From assembly GCF_934574045.1 (NCBI RefSeq), contig NZ_CAKTMK010000004.1: a stretch of DNA of 64,000 nt; one strand, written 5' to 3'. The notes below the pieces were generated by a model. The model made no database searches and was not told the origin of the DNA. It saw only the letters and a program-made list of their open reading frames with translations. Below, piece after piece: positions 8,590 to 19,611 of the stretch. The first letter of the stretch is position 1, and each line of letters starts with the position of its first letter. Position numbers and translations under genes: made by a program. The DNA is from an uncultured Oscillibacter sp. GTDB lineage: Bacteria; Bacillota; Clostridia; Oscillospirales; Oscillospiraceae.

Positions 8590-8622
8590 AGGGGACGGAG
8601 GGCCGCGGCCCTCCGTCCCGTG
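8590..8622 (-). terminator. rho-independent terminator of the pot operon
   Basis: Self-complementary gggacggagggccgcggccctccgtccc, followed on the minus strand by TTTTCATTTTTCTTGC immediately after the potD stop. Confidence 0.6.
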
Positions 8623-8625
8623 CGG

Positions 8626-9702
8626 TCACGCCTTGAGACGCAGCCACTCAGAGTCATAGAATTTCAGAGTCTCCTCGGGGAGATTCAGGAACGCCTCGCA
8701 GTTATTCAGCACGTCGTCGGCGGGATAGGCCACGGGGTCGGCGGTGATGTCCGGGTCCAGCGCGTCCATCACGCTCATCAGCGGCGTGGAATAGCCGATG
8801 GCCTCACAGTTGGCCGTGCCGATCTCGGTGGAGCACATGAAGTTGATGAACTTTTCGGCGTTGGCCTGATTGGCGGCCCCGGCGGGGATGCACATGGCGT
8901 CCGTGAAGATGTTGGAGCCTTCCGCGGGGACGACAAAGGCAAGGTCCGGATTGTTCTCGTACATAGTCAGGTAGTCGCCCGCGTAGTACACGCCCATGGC
9001 GGCCTCGCCGCCCTCCATCTTGTCAAAGATCTCATCCATGACATAGGCCTGCACGATGCCGCTCTGCTTCTGCTGGATCAGCAGGTCCACCGCCTCGGAG
9101 ATCTGGGCCTGATCGGTGGTGTTGTAGGAGTAGCCCAGATCCTTCAGCGCCACGCCGATGGCGTCCCGAGAGTTGTTGATCATCAGGACCTGACCGGCGT
9201 ATTTCGTGTCAAACAGGGAATCCCAGCTGGTGATCGCCTCGTCCACCAGCGTGGTGTTGTAGATAATGCCCACCGTGCCCCACATATAGGGGACGGAATA
9301 GGCGTTATCGGGGTCATAGGCCGGGTTCAGGAATTTGGGGTCCACGTCCTGCGCGTTGGGGATGTTGTCAAAATCCAGCTTCGTGAGCATACCCTCCGCG
9401 ATCAGGCGGGAGATCATGTAGTCCGAGGGGATGATGACGTCATAGGAGTCGCCCTGCTGAAGATTGGCGTAGAGCGTCTCGTTGTCGGGGCAGACGTTGT
9501 AATTGACCTTGATGCCCGTTTCCTTCTCAAATTGCGCGATCACATCCAGCGAACCGTCCTGACCGTCGGAGATATATTCGCCCCAGTTCAGGACATTCAC
9601 CTCGCCGTTGGGATACTGACCGCTGGAACCGCTGCCGCCGCAGGCGGTCAGCAGGGGGCAGACCATCAGGGCTGCCAGAATCAGAGAAAGAGCCTTTTTC
9701 AA
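8626..9702 (-). CDS. potD: spermidine/putrescine ABC transporter substrate-binding lipoprotein
   Basis: 358 aa with lipobox LLTACGG and PotD/PotF-family sequence along its whole length. TTG start at 9702 preceded by AAGGAG. Confidence 0.9.
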   Translation of the reverse strand: MKKALSLILAALMVCPLLTACGGSGSSGQYPNGEVNVLNWGEYISDGQDGSLDVIAQFEKETGIKVNYNVCPDNETLYANLQQGDSYDVIIPSDYMISRLIAEGMLTKLDFDNIPNAQDVDPKFLNPAYDPDNAYSVPYMWGTVGIIYNTTLVDEAITSWDSLFDTKYAGQVLMINNSRDAIGVALKDLGYSYNTTDQAQISEAVDLLIQQKQSGIVQAYVMDEIFDKMEGGEAAMGVYYAGDYLTMYENNPDLAFVVPAEGSNIFTDAMCIPAGAANQANAEKFINFMCSTEIGTANCEAIGYSTPLMSVMDALDPDITADPVAYPADDVLNNCEAFLNLPEETLKFYDSEWLRLKA

Positions 9703-9771
9703 TTCCTTGTGTTCTCCTTTACCATTTGAAATATTTTTTGCTATATAAACGGCGCGCCGCGCCAGAGCTTT

Positions 9772-10629
9772 TTACCGCTTGGGGGTCAGCGCGGCCCGCT
9801 GGCGCCGGGCGGCGGAGTCCTGCCGCGCCTGACGCAGGTTCACGATCACCAGCAGCACCAGCACCGAGCCAAACAGCAGCGTGGAGATGGCGTTGATCTC
9901 CGGGCTGATGCGACGCCGGGCCATGGAATAGACCTCCATGGCGAGGGTGGAGACCTTGTTTCCCGCGGTGAAATAGGAGATCACAAAGTCGTCCACCGAC
10001 ATGGTGAAGGCGATGATGGCGCCGTTGACGATGCCCGGCATCAGGTCGGGCAGGATCACCTTGCGGAAAGCGTAAAAGCCCGTCGCGCCGAGGTCCTGCG
10101 CCGCCTCGTAGATGTGGGGGTCCAGCTGGTGCAGCCGGGGCATGACGGAAAGGATCACATAGGGGATGTCGAACGTGACGTGGGCGATCAGCATGGTGCC
10201 GAAGCCCTTTGCCAGCGTGACGCCCATGGCGCCGCCCAGCGTGGCGTTGAACGCGTTGATGGCCAGCATGAAAAGCAGGGACAGGGACACGCCCGTCACA
10301 ATGTCCGCGTTGGTCAGGGGGATGTTGTTCACGGCCATCAGCGCGTGGCGGCTGCGCCGCTTCATGGCGGCAAAGCCGATGGAAGCGGCGGTCCCGGCCA
10401 CCATGGCGATCAGCGACGCCAGCACGCTGACCAGCAGCGTGGTCTGGAGGGCGCTGAGGATGGCGCTGTCCTGAAACAGGCGCACGTACCACTGGAGGGA
10501 GAAGCCGCCCCAGATGGTCCGGCTCTTGGTGGCGTTGAACGAGAAGAAGATCAGGACGAAGATGGGCGCGTACAGAAAGAGAAATACCAGCGCCAGCAGA
10601 AGGCGGTCGGCAAGGTTATTCTTCTTCAC
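9772..10629 (-). CDS. potC: spermidine/putrescine ABC transporter permease
   Basis: 285 aa, six-TM permease with the PotC-like EAA loop (EAAQDLGA). Confidence 0.9.
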   Translation of the reverse strand: MKKNNLADRLLLALVFLFLYAPIFVLIFFSFNATKSRTIWGGFSLQWYVRLFQDSAILSALQTTLLVSVLASLIAMVAGTAASIGFAAMKRRSRHALMAVNNIPLTNADIVTGVSLSLLFMLAINAFNATLGGAMGVTLAKGFGTMLIAHVTFDIPYVILSVMPRLHQLDPHIYEAAQDLGATGFYAFRKVILPDLMPGIVNGAIIAFTMSVDDFVISYFTAGNKVSTLAMEVYSMARRRISPEINAISTLLFGSVLVLLVIVNLRQARQDSAARRQRAALTPKR

Positions 10630-11460
10630 AGCAGCATCGCCTCCTCCTCGCCTTCGCCGAAGCGGTTCATCACGGCCATGCAGATCAGGACGATGACCAT
10701 CATCACAAGGGAGATGGCCGAGCCGAGGTAGGGATTGTACGCCCCGCCGAGGAACTGCGTTTCGATCAGGTCGCCCAGCAGCGTCACCATGCCGCCGCCC
10801 AGCAGGCGGGAGATGGCGAACGTGGCCACCGACGGGACGAACACCATCGTCACGCCGGAGAGGATGCCGGGGACGGACAGGGGGAAGATCAGCCGCCGGA
10901 ACACCACGGAGCTGTTGGCCCCCAGATCCTGTGCCGCCTCGATCAGCCGGGGGTCGATCTTCTCAATCACCGTGAAGATGGGCAGGATCATGAACGGCAG
11001 ATAGTTGTACACCATGCCCAGCACGATGGCCCCCTGCGTGTTGATGAGGGGGAAGTAGGTGTAATTCGTGCCGAACAGGCTGTTGACCAGAGAGATGAGG
11101 CCGATCTTCTGAAACAGCGTGTTCAGAAGGCCGGTGTTCTCCAGAATGGACATCCAGGAATAGGTCCGCAGCAGGAAGTTCATCCACATGGGCAGCATGA
11201 TGAGGATGGTGGCGATGCGCCGCATCCCCGGACCCTCTCTGGCCAGAAACCACGCAACGGGATAGCCGATCAGGATGCACACCAGCGTGGCCACCGCCGC
11301 CAGCAGGAACGACCGGCCGAACACGGCGGCATAGGTGCCCATCACCCGAAAGTTGTCCAGCGTGAAGCCGGTCCCGTTGTGGAACGCGTAAATGAGGATC
11401 AAGATCAGCGGCGCGACGACGAAGACCGCCATCCAGACCACATACGGCGCGGCAAGCCCC

Positions 11461-11471
<11 letters not shown>
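10626..11471 (-). CDS. potB: spermidine/putrescine ABC transporter permease
   Basis: 281-aa permease with EAAQDLGA. Overlaps potC by 4 bp. Confidence 0.9.
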
Positions 11472-12657
<1,186 letters not shown>

Positions 12658-12776
12658 GTATCCTCCCCCATTTCTTCAAATAATGATACAAAAAAGCGCC
12701 TCTTTTCTCTGTTGAGGGGGAACCTTTCTCGTTGAAATTCGGCAATTAAGAATGATATCGGAAATGTACGGAAAAG

Positions 12777-13736
12777 TCAAGGAAAATAGCGGTTTTTGAA
12801 GGGAATATTTTGCACGGAGAAAACCTTTCCCCGCAGATACTCCAGCGCGCCCGCGTTCGTCCGGTAATCGAAGGCCAGACGGTAGGACCAAAGGCACTGT
12901 TTCTGCTCGTGATAGCGCCGATTCGTCTCGCCCCGGCCATACTTCCCATCCCCCAGCAGGGGGCAGCCCAGCTCCGCCATGGACACGCGGATCTGGTGGG
13001 TCCGGCCGGTCAGCAGCTCGCACTCCACCAGCGCCAGCCCGTCCCGCTTCTGGAGCGTTTTATAATAGGTGACGGCGGTGCGCCCGCCGGGCACGGGACG
13101 GCGGTAAAAGGAGACTTCCTTTTTTTTCTCGTCCTTGAGAAGAAAGCCCTCGATCTTTCCTGCGGGCGGGTTGGGCGCGCCCACCGTCACGCAGAGATAG
13201 GACTTGCGCAGCTCGTGGGTGCGGATCTTGTCGTTGATGACGCGCAGCGTCTCGGCGTTTTTTGCCGCGATGACGATGCCGCCGGTGTTCCGGTCGATCC
13301 GGTTGCACAGGGCGGGGGCGAAGGAGTTCTCCGCCGCAGGGTCCCACTCCTTTTTTTGATAAAGGTACGCCTGAATGTGGTGGACCAGCGTGTTGACCTT
13401 CTCCGTCTCATCGGCGTGGACCACAAGGCCGGGGCGCTTATTCACCAGCAGGAGGTTTTCGTCCTCATACACAATGTCCAGCTGCGGGCGGAACGCGGCG
13501 AGGAATTTGTCCTCCCGCTCCTCCGGCTGGTCAAAAAACTCGTCGTTGATGTACATTTGCAGCACGTCGCCCTCGCACAGGCGGACCTCCCGCTTGGAGC
13601 CTTTTCCGTTCACCTTGACGCGCTTGAGACGGATGTATTTCTGCACCAGCGCGGGCGGCAGGAGCGGCGCGGCCTTCGCCACGAACCGGTCCAGCCGCTG
13701 CCCGGCGTCGTTGTGATTGATGGTAAATTCCCGCAT
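12777..13736 (-). CDS. RluA family pseudouridine synthase
   Basis: 319 aa with an S4-like N-terminus and the catalytic-core motif (HRLD-type context ...LVHRIDRNTGG...). Confidence 0.85.
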   Translation of the reverse strand: MREFTINHNDAGQRLDRFVAKAAPLLPPALVQKYIRLKRVKVNGKGSKREVRLCEGDVLQMYINDEFFDQPEEREDKFLAAFRPQLDIVYEDENLLLVNKRPGLVVHADETEKVNTLVHHIQAYLYQKKEWDPAAENSFAPALCNRIDRNTGGIVIAAKNAETLRVINDKIRTHELRKSYLCVTVGAPNPPAGKIEGFLLKDEKKKEVSFYRRPVPGGRTAVTYYKTLQKRDGLALVECELLTGRTHQIRVSMAELGCPLLGDGKYGRGETNRRYHEQKQCLWSYRLAFDYRTNAGALEYLRGKVFSVQNIPFKNRYFP

Positions 13737-13814
13737 AGGCCCCTCCGCACGATCAGTTGATATGGCTATTGTATCCGATTTTGAAAAAAATGCAAGGCGC
13801 AGGCAAAAAAGTGT

Positions 13815-13843
13815 TTGACAAGCCGGGGCTTATCCCTTATAAT
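13815..13843 (+). promoter_or_regulatory. sigma-A type promoter for yceD-rpmF
   Basis: TTGACA (13815-13820), 17 nt, TATAAT (13838-13843). Confidence 0.6.
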
Positions 13844-13870
13844 ACTACTCGTGTCATTGCGAGGTGTACT

Positions 13871-14377
13871 ATGCGTTTCGACGTAAAACCCATCCTGAAT
13901 TCCCCCGGCAGATCGCTGGACTTCCAGTTCACGCTGGACCTGTCCGACACGGAGCTGAACGGTCAGTATCCCGTGCAGGAGCCGGTGGAGGTCCGCGGCA
14001 GTGTGCGCAACACCGCCGGACTGCTGGAGCTTTCCATGACGGTGTCCGCTGTTCTGGACGCGGCGTGCGACCGCTGCGCAAAGCCCCTTCGGCTGCCCAA
14101 GCAGGTGGAGTTCCGCTGCATGCTGGCGGAGACGCTGGAAAACGGCGAGAACGACGAGATCGTTCTGCTGGAGGACGGCGAGGTGGACGTGGAGGACCTT
14201 GCCCGCACGGCGTTCATTCTGGACATGGACGCGAAGTTTTTGTGTTCGGAGGACTGCAAAGGCCTCTGCCCCCGCTGCGGCGCCGACCTGAACCTCGGCC
14301 CCTGCGGCTGCGGAAAGGAGACGGATCCCCGTCTGGCCGCCCTTGCAGCCCTTTTGGAGAACAACGCATCGACGTAA
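13871..14377 (+). CDS. yceD: YceD family protein (DUF177; large-subunit ribosome biogenesis, classically upstream of rpmF)
   Basis: Cys-rich C-terminus CPRCGADLNLGPCGCG and synteny with rpmF. Start 13871 (MRFDVKP) with GAGGTG RBS. Track ORF 13757 is an N-terminal extension reaching upstream of the promoter. Confidence 0.8.
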   Translation: MRFDVKPILNSPGRSLDFQFTLDLSDTELNGQYPVQEPVEVRGSVRNTAGLLELSMTVSAVLDAACDRCAKPLRLPKQVEFRCMLAETLENGENDEIVLLEDGEVDVEDLARTAFILDMDAKFLCSEDCKGLCPRCGADLNLGPCGCGKETDPRLAALAALLENNAST

Positions 14378-14425
14378 CCAAACGGTACGGCACGAGCCGC
14401 CCGTTGATCTGAAGGAGGTGTCATC

Positions 14426-14638
14426 ATGGCAGTACCCAAGGGAAAAGTATCCAAGGCAAGACGCGACAAGCGCCGCAGCTCCACGTGGAAGCTGGCGGTC
14501 CCCGGTCTCGTGGCCTGCTCCAAATGCGGTGCGCTGCACCTGCCTCACAGAATGTGCAAGGAGTGCGGCACTTACAACGGCCGGACGGTCAAGGTCGTCA
14601 AGTCTGTGGCCGCCAACGCCGCCAACGCTGCAAAATAA
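14426..14638 (+). CDS. rpmF: 50S ribosomal protein L32
   Basis: MAVPKGKVSKARRDKRRS... with zinc-ribbon cysteines CSKCG...CKECG. Confidence 0.9.
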   Translation: MAVPKGKVSKARRDKRRSSTWKLAVPGLVACSKCGALHLPHRMCKECGTYNGRTVKVVKSVAANAANAAK

Positions 14639-14656
14639 GATTTTGCATCCGTAATG

Positions 14657-14695
14657 AGGAGGAAAGAGTGCGCTCTTTCCTCCTTATTTTGTATT
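14657..14695 (+). terminator. rho-independent terminator after rpmF
   Basis: Stem aggaggaaagag/ctctttcctcct followed by TATTTTGTATT. Confidence 0.8.
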
Positions 14696-14716
14696 CGCTA
14701 AATTTTCCCCGCGCGG

Positions 14717-14744
14717 TTGCAATTCCATGACGCGCGGGTATAAT
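14717..14744 (+). promoter_or_regulatory. sigma-A type promoter for der
   Basis: TTGCAA (14717-14722), 16 nt, TATAAT (14739-14744). Confidence 0.5.
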
Positions 14745-14797
14745 AAAAGCTGAGACAAAAGCTGAGACGTGAATTACAGAGAAACGGGAGGAGACCC

Positions 14798-16123
14798 ATG
14801 AAACCCATCGTTGCCATTGTGGGCCGGCCCAATGTGGGCAAGTCCATGCTCTTCAATAAGCTGATCGGGCGGCGGCTGTCCATCGTGGAGGATACGCCGG
14901 GCGTGACCCGCGACCGCATCTACGGGGAGACGGACTGGAACGGCCGCCCCTTCACCCTGATCGACACCGGCGGCATCGAGCCGCGGACCGACGATCAGAT
15001 CCTGACCTTCATGCGCCAGCAGGCGCAGCTGGCCATCGAGAACGCCACGGTCATCATCTTCCTGACGGACATCCGCACCGGCCTGACCGCCGCGGATCAC
15101 GAGGTGGCGGGGATGCTGCTGCGCAGCGGAAAGCCCATCGTCCTCGCGGTGAATAAGATGGACTCCACCGGCCGGGTGGACCCGGACTTTTACGAGTTTT
15201 ACAATCTGGGCCTGGGCGATCCCATCGCCGTCTCCGCCGTCCACGGACACGGCACCGGCGACCTGCTGGACGCCTGCGTGAAGTATTTCCCGCCGGAGCA
15301 GGACGAGGAGGAGGAGAGCGACGCCATCCGCGTGGCCCTGATCGGCAAGCCCAACGTGGGCAAGTCCTCCCTCATCAACCGCATTTTGGGCGAGGAGCGC
15401 AGCATCGTCAGCGACGTGGCCGGGACCACGCGGGACGCCATCGACTCCCGCTTTTCCAACAGGCACGGCGACTTTGTGTTCATCGACACCGCCGGAATGC
15501 GCAAGAAGTCCAAGGTGGAGGAGGACATTGAGAAATACAGCGTCCTGCGGGCCACCATGGCCATCGAGCGCAGCGACGTGTGCCTGATCCTGATCGACGC
15601 GCGGGACGGCGTGACCGAGCAGGACACCAAGGTGGCCGGCCTTGCCCACGAGGCGGGAAAGGCCAGCATCATCGTGGTGAACAAGTGGGACCTGGTGGAC
15701 AAGGACGACAAGACCATGGACCGGCTCACCGCCGACATCCGGCGGGATCTGGGCTTTATGACCTATGCGCCCGTCCTGTTCATCTCCGCGCTGACGGGCC
15801 AGCGGGTGGAAAAGCTCTTTGAGCTGATCGTGGCCGTGAGCAATCAGGCGTCCCTGCGCATCACCACCGGAATGCTCAATAACGTCTTGGCCGACGCGCA
15901 GACCCGCGTCCAGCCCCCCTCTGACAAGGGCCGCAGGCTGAAGATCTACTATATGACGCAGGTCGGCATCCGCCCGCCCCACTTTGTGGTGTTCTGCAAC
16001 GACGCGCGGCTGTTCCATTTTTCCTATCAGCGGTATCTTGAAAACCAGATCCGCTCCGTGTTCGGGCTGACGGGAACGCCCATCATCCTGTCCATCCGGC
16101 AAAAGGGCGACAAGGAGGAGTGA
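14798..16123 (+). CDS. der: ribosome biogenesis GTPase Der (EngA), tandem GTPase domains + KH-like
   Basis: Two G-domains (GRPNVGKS; GKPNVGKSS) with DTGG/DTAG motifs, 441 aa in total. Confidence 0.95.
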   Translation: MKPIVAIVGRPNVGKSMLFNKLIGRRLSIVEDTPGVTRDRIYGETDWNGRPFTLIDTGGIEPRTDDQILTFMRQQAQLAIENATVIIFLTDIRTGLTAADHEVAGMLLRSGKPIVLAVNKMDSTGRVDPDFYEFYNLGLGDPIAVSAVHGHGTGDLLDACVKYFPPEQDEEEESDAIRVALIGKPNVGKSSLINRILGEERSIVSDVAGTTRDAIDSRFSNRHGDFVFIDTAGMRKKSKVEEDIEKYSVLRATMAIERSDVCLILIDARDGVTEQDTKVAGLAHEAGKASIIVVNKWDLVDKDDKTMDRLTADIRRDLGFMTYAPVLFISALTGQRVEKLFELIVAVSNQASLRITTGMLNNVLADAQTRVQPPSDKGRRLKIYYMTQVGIRPPHFVVFCNDARLFHFSYQRYLENQIRSVFGLTGTPIILSIRQKGDKEE

Positions 16124-16125
16124 GT

Positions 16126-16812
16126 ATGCAGCACCTGTTTCCGGACGGCGCGCCGCTGGCGCTGCTGCTGGCCGTGACGGCGGTGTTCTCCTACTTCTGC
16201 GGCTGCTTCAACGGCGCGGTCATCGTCTCCAAGTATATCCTGCGGGACGACGTGCGCACCCACGGCAGCGGCAACGCCGGTCTGACCAACTTCTTCCGCA
16301 CCTTCGGCGGGCCGCTGACTCTTGTGGTGATCCTGTGCGACGTATTTAAGGCGGTGGCGGCCCTGCTGGTGAGCGGGTACGTGATCGGCAGCGGCTATGC
16401 CGATTTTCTCTCCGCGGACGTTGCCACCGCGTACTGGCATACGTTCGCAAAGTACTGGGCGGGGATTTTCTGCCTGCTGGGGCATATGTTCCCCTGCATG
16501 TTCCAGTTCAAGGGCGGCAAGGGCATCCTCTCCGGCGGGACCATCGCCCTGATGCTGGACTGGCGCATCGCGCTGGTGGTGTGGGGCGGCTTTCTGCTGC
16601 TGGCCGCGGCCACGCGGTACGTCTCCCTCGGCTCCGTCTGGGCCGGGGCCAGCTTCCCGTTCGTTTCGTGGTACTGCTACCCGTACCCCGCGGTCGTCGC
16701 GCTGGCGTTTGTGATCGGGGGGCTGGTGGTGTGGCAGCACCGGACGAACATCCGGCGGCTGCTGGACGGGAATGAGAACAAATTCAGCTTCCATCACAAG
16801 ACGGATACATAA
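16126..16812 (+). CDS. plsY: glycerol-3-phosphate acyltransferase PlsY
   Basis: PlsY motifs GSGNAG and FKGGKG. ATG at 16126 sits 7 nt after AAGGAGGAG; the track start 16120 is a GTG inside the RBS. Confidence 0.9.
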   Translation: MQHLFPDGAPLALLLAVTAVFSYFCGCFNGAVIVSKYILRDDVRTHGSGNAGLTNFFRTFGGPLTLVVILCDVFKAVAALLVSGYVIGSGYADFLSADVATAYWHTFAKYWAGIFCLLGHMFPCMFQFKGGKGILSGGTIALMLDWRIALVVWGGFLLLAAATRYVSLGSVWAGASFPFVSWYCYPYPAVVALAFVIGGLVVWQHRTNIRRLLDGNENKFSFHHKTDT

Positions 16813-16842
16813 AGAAACGATCCGAAAGGACGGGGTAGACAT

Positions 16843-17844
16843 ATGAAAACAGTGGTGATCGGTTCCGGCGGCTGGGGAACGGCTCTGGCCATGGTGCTGT
16901 GCGACAACGGACACGAGGTGACGCTCTGGTCCCACGATCCGGAAAAAGCGGAGAAAATGACGCAGACCCGGCGCAATCCCCTCCTGCCGGATGTGGAGCT
17001 GCCGGAGGCGCTGAAGATCAGCGGCGACATCTCCTGCGTGGCCGGGGCGGAGCTGGTGGTTTCCGCTTCGCCGTCCTACGCGGTGCGCAGCAACATCCGC
17101 AGGGCGGCGCCGTTTCTGGACGCACGGACGGTGCTGGTGTCCGTGTCCAAGGGCGTGGAGCGGGACACCAATCTGCGCATGAGCCAGCTCCTGCAGGAGG
17201 AGACGAAGAATCTGTGCCGCGTGACGGCGCTCTCCGGCCCCTCCCACGCCGAGGAGGTCAGCATCCGCCAGCCCACCGGCTGCGTGGCGGCGGGGGAGGA
17301 CGGCGCGGCGGTCAAGCTGGTGCAGGACGCATTCATGAACCCCTATTTCCGGGTGTATACCAGTCCGGACATCGTGGGCGTGGAGCTGGGCGGCGCGCTG
17401 AAAAACGTGGTGGCTCTGAGCTGCGGCATCTGCGACGGCATGGGCTATCAGGACAACACCAAGGCTCTGCTGATGACCCGCGCCATGGCGGAGATCGCCC
17501 GGCTGGGCGAGACGCTGGGTGGGCGGCGGCAGACCTTCGCGGGCCTTGCCGGGATGGGCGACCTGATCGTCACCTGCACCTCCATGCACTCCCGCAACCG
17601 CCGGGCCGGCATCCTGATCGGTCAGGGGAAAACGGCCCAGCAGGCGATGGAGGAGGTCGGCGCGGTGGTGGAGGGCTACTACGCCGCCGAGAGCGTCTAT
17701 CAGCTCGGGCAGAAGGCGGGCGTGGAAATGCCCATCTGCACCTGCGCCTATCAGGTCCTCTATCAGGGCAAACAGGTCCGGGACGTGGTGACGGAGCTGA
17801 TGACCCGCTCGAAAAAGGACGAGCTGGGTTACGACTGGATGTGA
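16843..17844 (+). CDS. gpsA: NAD(P)H-dependent glycerol-3-phosphate dehydrogenase
   Basis: Rossmann N-terminus MKTVVIGSGGWGTALA, GpsA family throughout. Conserved der-plsY-gpsA synteny. Confidence 0.95.
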   Translation: MKTVVIGSGGWGTALAMVLCDNGHEVTLWSHDPEKAEKMTQTRRNPLLPDVELPEALKISGDISCVAGAELVVSASPSYAVRSNIRRAAPFLDARTVLVSVSKGVERDTNLRMSQLLQEETKNLCRVTALSGPSHAEEVSIRQPTGCVAAGEDGAAVKLVQDAFMNPYFRVYTSPDIVGVELGGALKNVVALSCGICDGMGYQDNTKALLMTRAMAEIARLGETLGGRRQTFAGLAGMGDLIVTCTSMHSRNRRAGILIGQGKTAQQAMEEVGAVVEGYYAAESVYQLGQKAGVEMPICTCAYQVLYQGKQVRDVVTELMTRSKKDELGYDWM

Positions 17845-17848
17845 AAAC

Positions 17849-17888
17849 AGCGCGCGGACGCAGATGCGTCCGCGCGCTGATTTTTTGT
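17849..17888 (+). terminator. rho-independent terminator after gpsA
   Basis: Stem agcgcgcggacgc/gcgtccgcgcgct followed by GATTTTTTGT. Confidence 0.85.
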
Positions 17889-18130
17889 ACGTAGGACGGC
17901 CGATTTCCCCGCGCCGTCTGATGTACGCCGCTTTTCGCCTGCAAGGACCGGAGACGGAATGGGACGGGGCCTTCTGCATGAACAGCCCCGGCCGGATGAT
18001 CCCGGCGTACAAGCTCAGCGGAATGAGACTGCGCGTCCGCTCATGCGGATGAACGCGGCCCCGGCCTGCGCCGTCTGGCGCGCACCGGAGAGAGATCTGC
18101 CGCCCTGCGGGGGAATGGGCTGAAAATCGG

Positions 18131-18166
18131 GCATGAAAAAGCGTCCGGGCCAAATGGCTCGGACGC
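18131..18166 (-). terminator. rho-independent terminator of rpmB
   Basis: Stem gcgtccgggcc/ggctcggacgc, followed on the minus strand by TTTTTCATGC, directly after the rpmB stop. Confidence 0.6.
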
Positions 18167-18180
18167 TGATCTTGCTTGCA

Positions 18181-18369
18181 TCAGATCGCTCTGGTGACTT
18201 TGCCGGAACGCAGGCACCGGGTACAAACATATACATGGCGCGGCGTACCATTGACGACTGCCTTGACACGCTTTACATTGGGCTTCCAGGGACGATTGGC
18301 ACGTCTGTGGGAGTGAGACACCTTGATGCCGAAGGTGATACCCTTATCGCAAAACTCGCACTTAGCCAT
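18181..18369 (-). CDS. rpmB: 50S ribosomal protein L28
   Basis: MAKCEFCDKGITFGIKVSHSHRRANRPWKPNVKRVKAVVNGTPRHVYVCTRCLRSGKV. Start at 18369, 8 nt after GAGGAGG; the MQRM extension would begin inside the RBS. Confidence 0.85.
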   Translation of the reverse strand: MAKCEFCDKGITFGIKVSHSHRRANRPWKPNVKRVKAVVNGTPRHVYVCTRCLRSGKVTRAI

Positions 18370-18507
18370 CCGTTGCACCTCCTCGCTGTTGCGGACTTGC
18401 GCCTCTTACTCATAGGCACAGCTGATATCATAACAGAAAAAGATGTAAAAAGCAAGTGGAAATTTCAAAAAATTCAAAAAATAAAAAACGGGCCAAAATG
18501 GAAACGG

Positions 18508-18536
18508 TTGCGTAAAAGCGGCCGATGGGCTATAAT
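18508..18536 (+). promoter_or_regulatory. sigma-A type promoter for hprK operon, followed by ~120-nt GC-rich leader
   Basis: TTGCGT (18508-18513), 17 nt, TATAAT (18531-18536). A divergent rpmB promoter candidate (TTGCTT-17-TATGAT) lies on the minus strand at about 18425-18455, with an A/T-rich UP-like tract. Confidence 0.6.
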
Positions 18537-18657
18537 ATCAGATGTGATCCGGAGACGGCCCGCACTCTGCGGCGGCTCCGGGCAGACGCGGGCGCGGAGC
18601 GCCCGGACGACTAGACCGCGGACGGGCGACGGCCCCCGCGGGGGAAGGCGGGCACTT

Positions 18658-19593
18658 ATGGCGGATAAAGGCTTGAAAATGAAGGAGTTCGTGTCTGCGT
18701 TCGATCTGCAGATCCTCAACCGGGGCGCGGATTTTGACGACGCGGTCCTCTCCATCACGGACGTGAACCGGCCCGGACTTCAGTTCATGGGCTTTTTTGA
18801 TTACTTCGACCCCCGCCGCCTTCAGGTGATCGGCAAGGCGGAGGTCACATATCTCAAGGGGCTGACCACGCAGGAGCGGAAAAAGGAATTTGATGACCTG
18901 TTTCTCTACGATATCCCGGCGCTGGTCATCGCCCGGAATCTGGACTGCTTCCCAGAGTGCCTGCAAAGTGCGCAGGAGCACGAGCGGACGCTGCTGCGCA
19001 CGGCGGAGACCACCGTGGACTTCACCGCCCACACCATCGAGTTCCTCAACCGGAAGCTGGCCCCCACCATCGGCCGCCACGGCGTCCTGCTGGACATTTA
19101 CGGCGAGGGCGTGATGATTACCGGCGACTCCGGCGTGGGCAAGAGCGAGACGGCCATCGAGCTTATCATGCGGGGCCACCGGCTGGTGGCGGACGATTCG
19201 GTGGACATCCAGCGGGTGTCCAACCAGCTTTACGGCGCGTCGCCTGAGATGATCCGGCACTATATCGAGCTGCGGGGCATCGGCGTGATCGACGTGCGGC
19301 AGCTTTTTGGGATGCGGGCTATCAAGACCGAGGCCCAGATCGACCTTGTGGTGCATCTGGAGCCGTGGGACAGCAAGAAGATCTACGACCGGCTGGGCAT
19401 CGAGGACCACTACACGGAAATTCTGGACCTTCAGGTCCCCTGCGTCACCATCCCGGTCCGGCCGGGGCGGAATCTGGCCAGCATCGTGGAGGTGGCGGCC
19501 ATGAACAACCGCCTGCGCCGCTTCGGCTTCAACGCGGCGGAGGAGCTGGTCCGCCGGGTGGACGAACAGGCCAGCCGGGGCGGCCCGGTCTGA
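18658..19593 (+). CDS. hprK: HPr kinase/phosphorylase
   Basis: Walker A GDSGVGKSE and the HprK family C-terminal kinase domain. Start MADKGLKMKEF at 18658. Track ORF 18133..19593 is an in-frame extension through the promoter and leader. Confidence 0.9.
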   Translation: MADKGLKMKEFVSAFDLQILNRGADFDDAVLSITDVNRPGLQFMGFFDYFDPRRLQVIGKAEVTYLKGLTTQERKKEFDDLFLYDIPALVIARNLDCFPECLQSAQEHERTLLRTAETTVDFTAHTIEFLNRKLAPTIGRHGVLLDIYGEGVMITGDSGVGKSETAIELIMRGHRLVADDSVDIQRVSNQLYGASPEMIRHYIELRGIGVIDVRQLFGMRAIKTEAQIDLVVHLEPWDSKKIYDRLGIEDHYTEILDLQVPCVTIPVRPGRNLASIVEVAAMNNRLRRFGFNAAEELVRRVDEQASRGGPV

Positions 19594-19611
19594 GGAAAGG
19601 AGACGGAGCGC

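Noticed and set aside
17889-18130. 250-nt GC-rich ORF-free gap between the gpsA and rpmB terminators, considered as an sRNA locus
   Set aside because: No promoter or terminator pair and no recognisable RNA motif were found. It is most simply a convergent-terminator spacer and is left unannotated.
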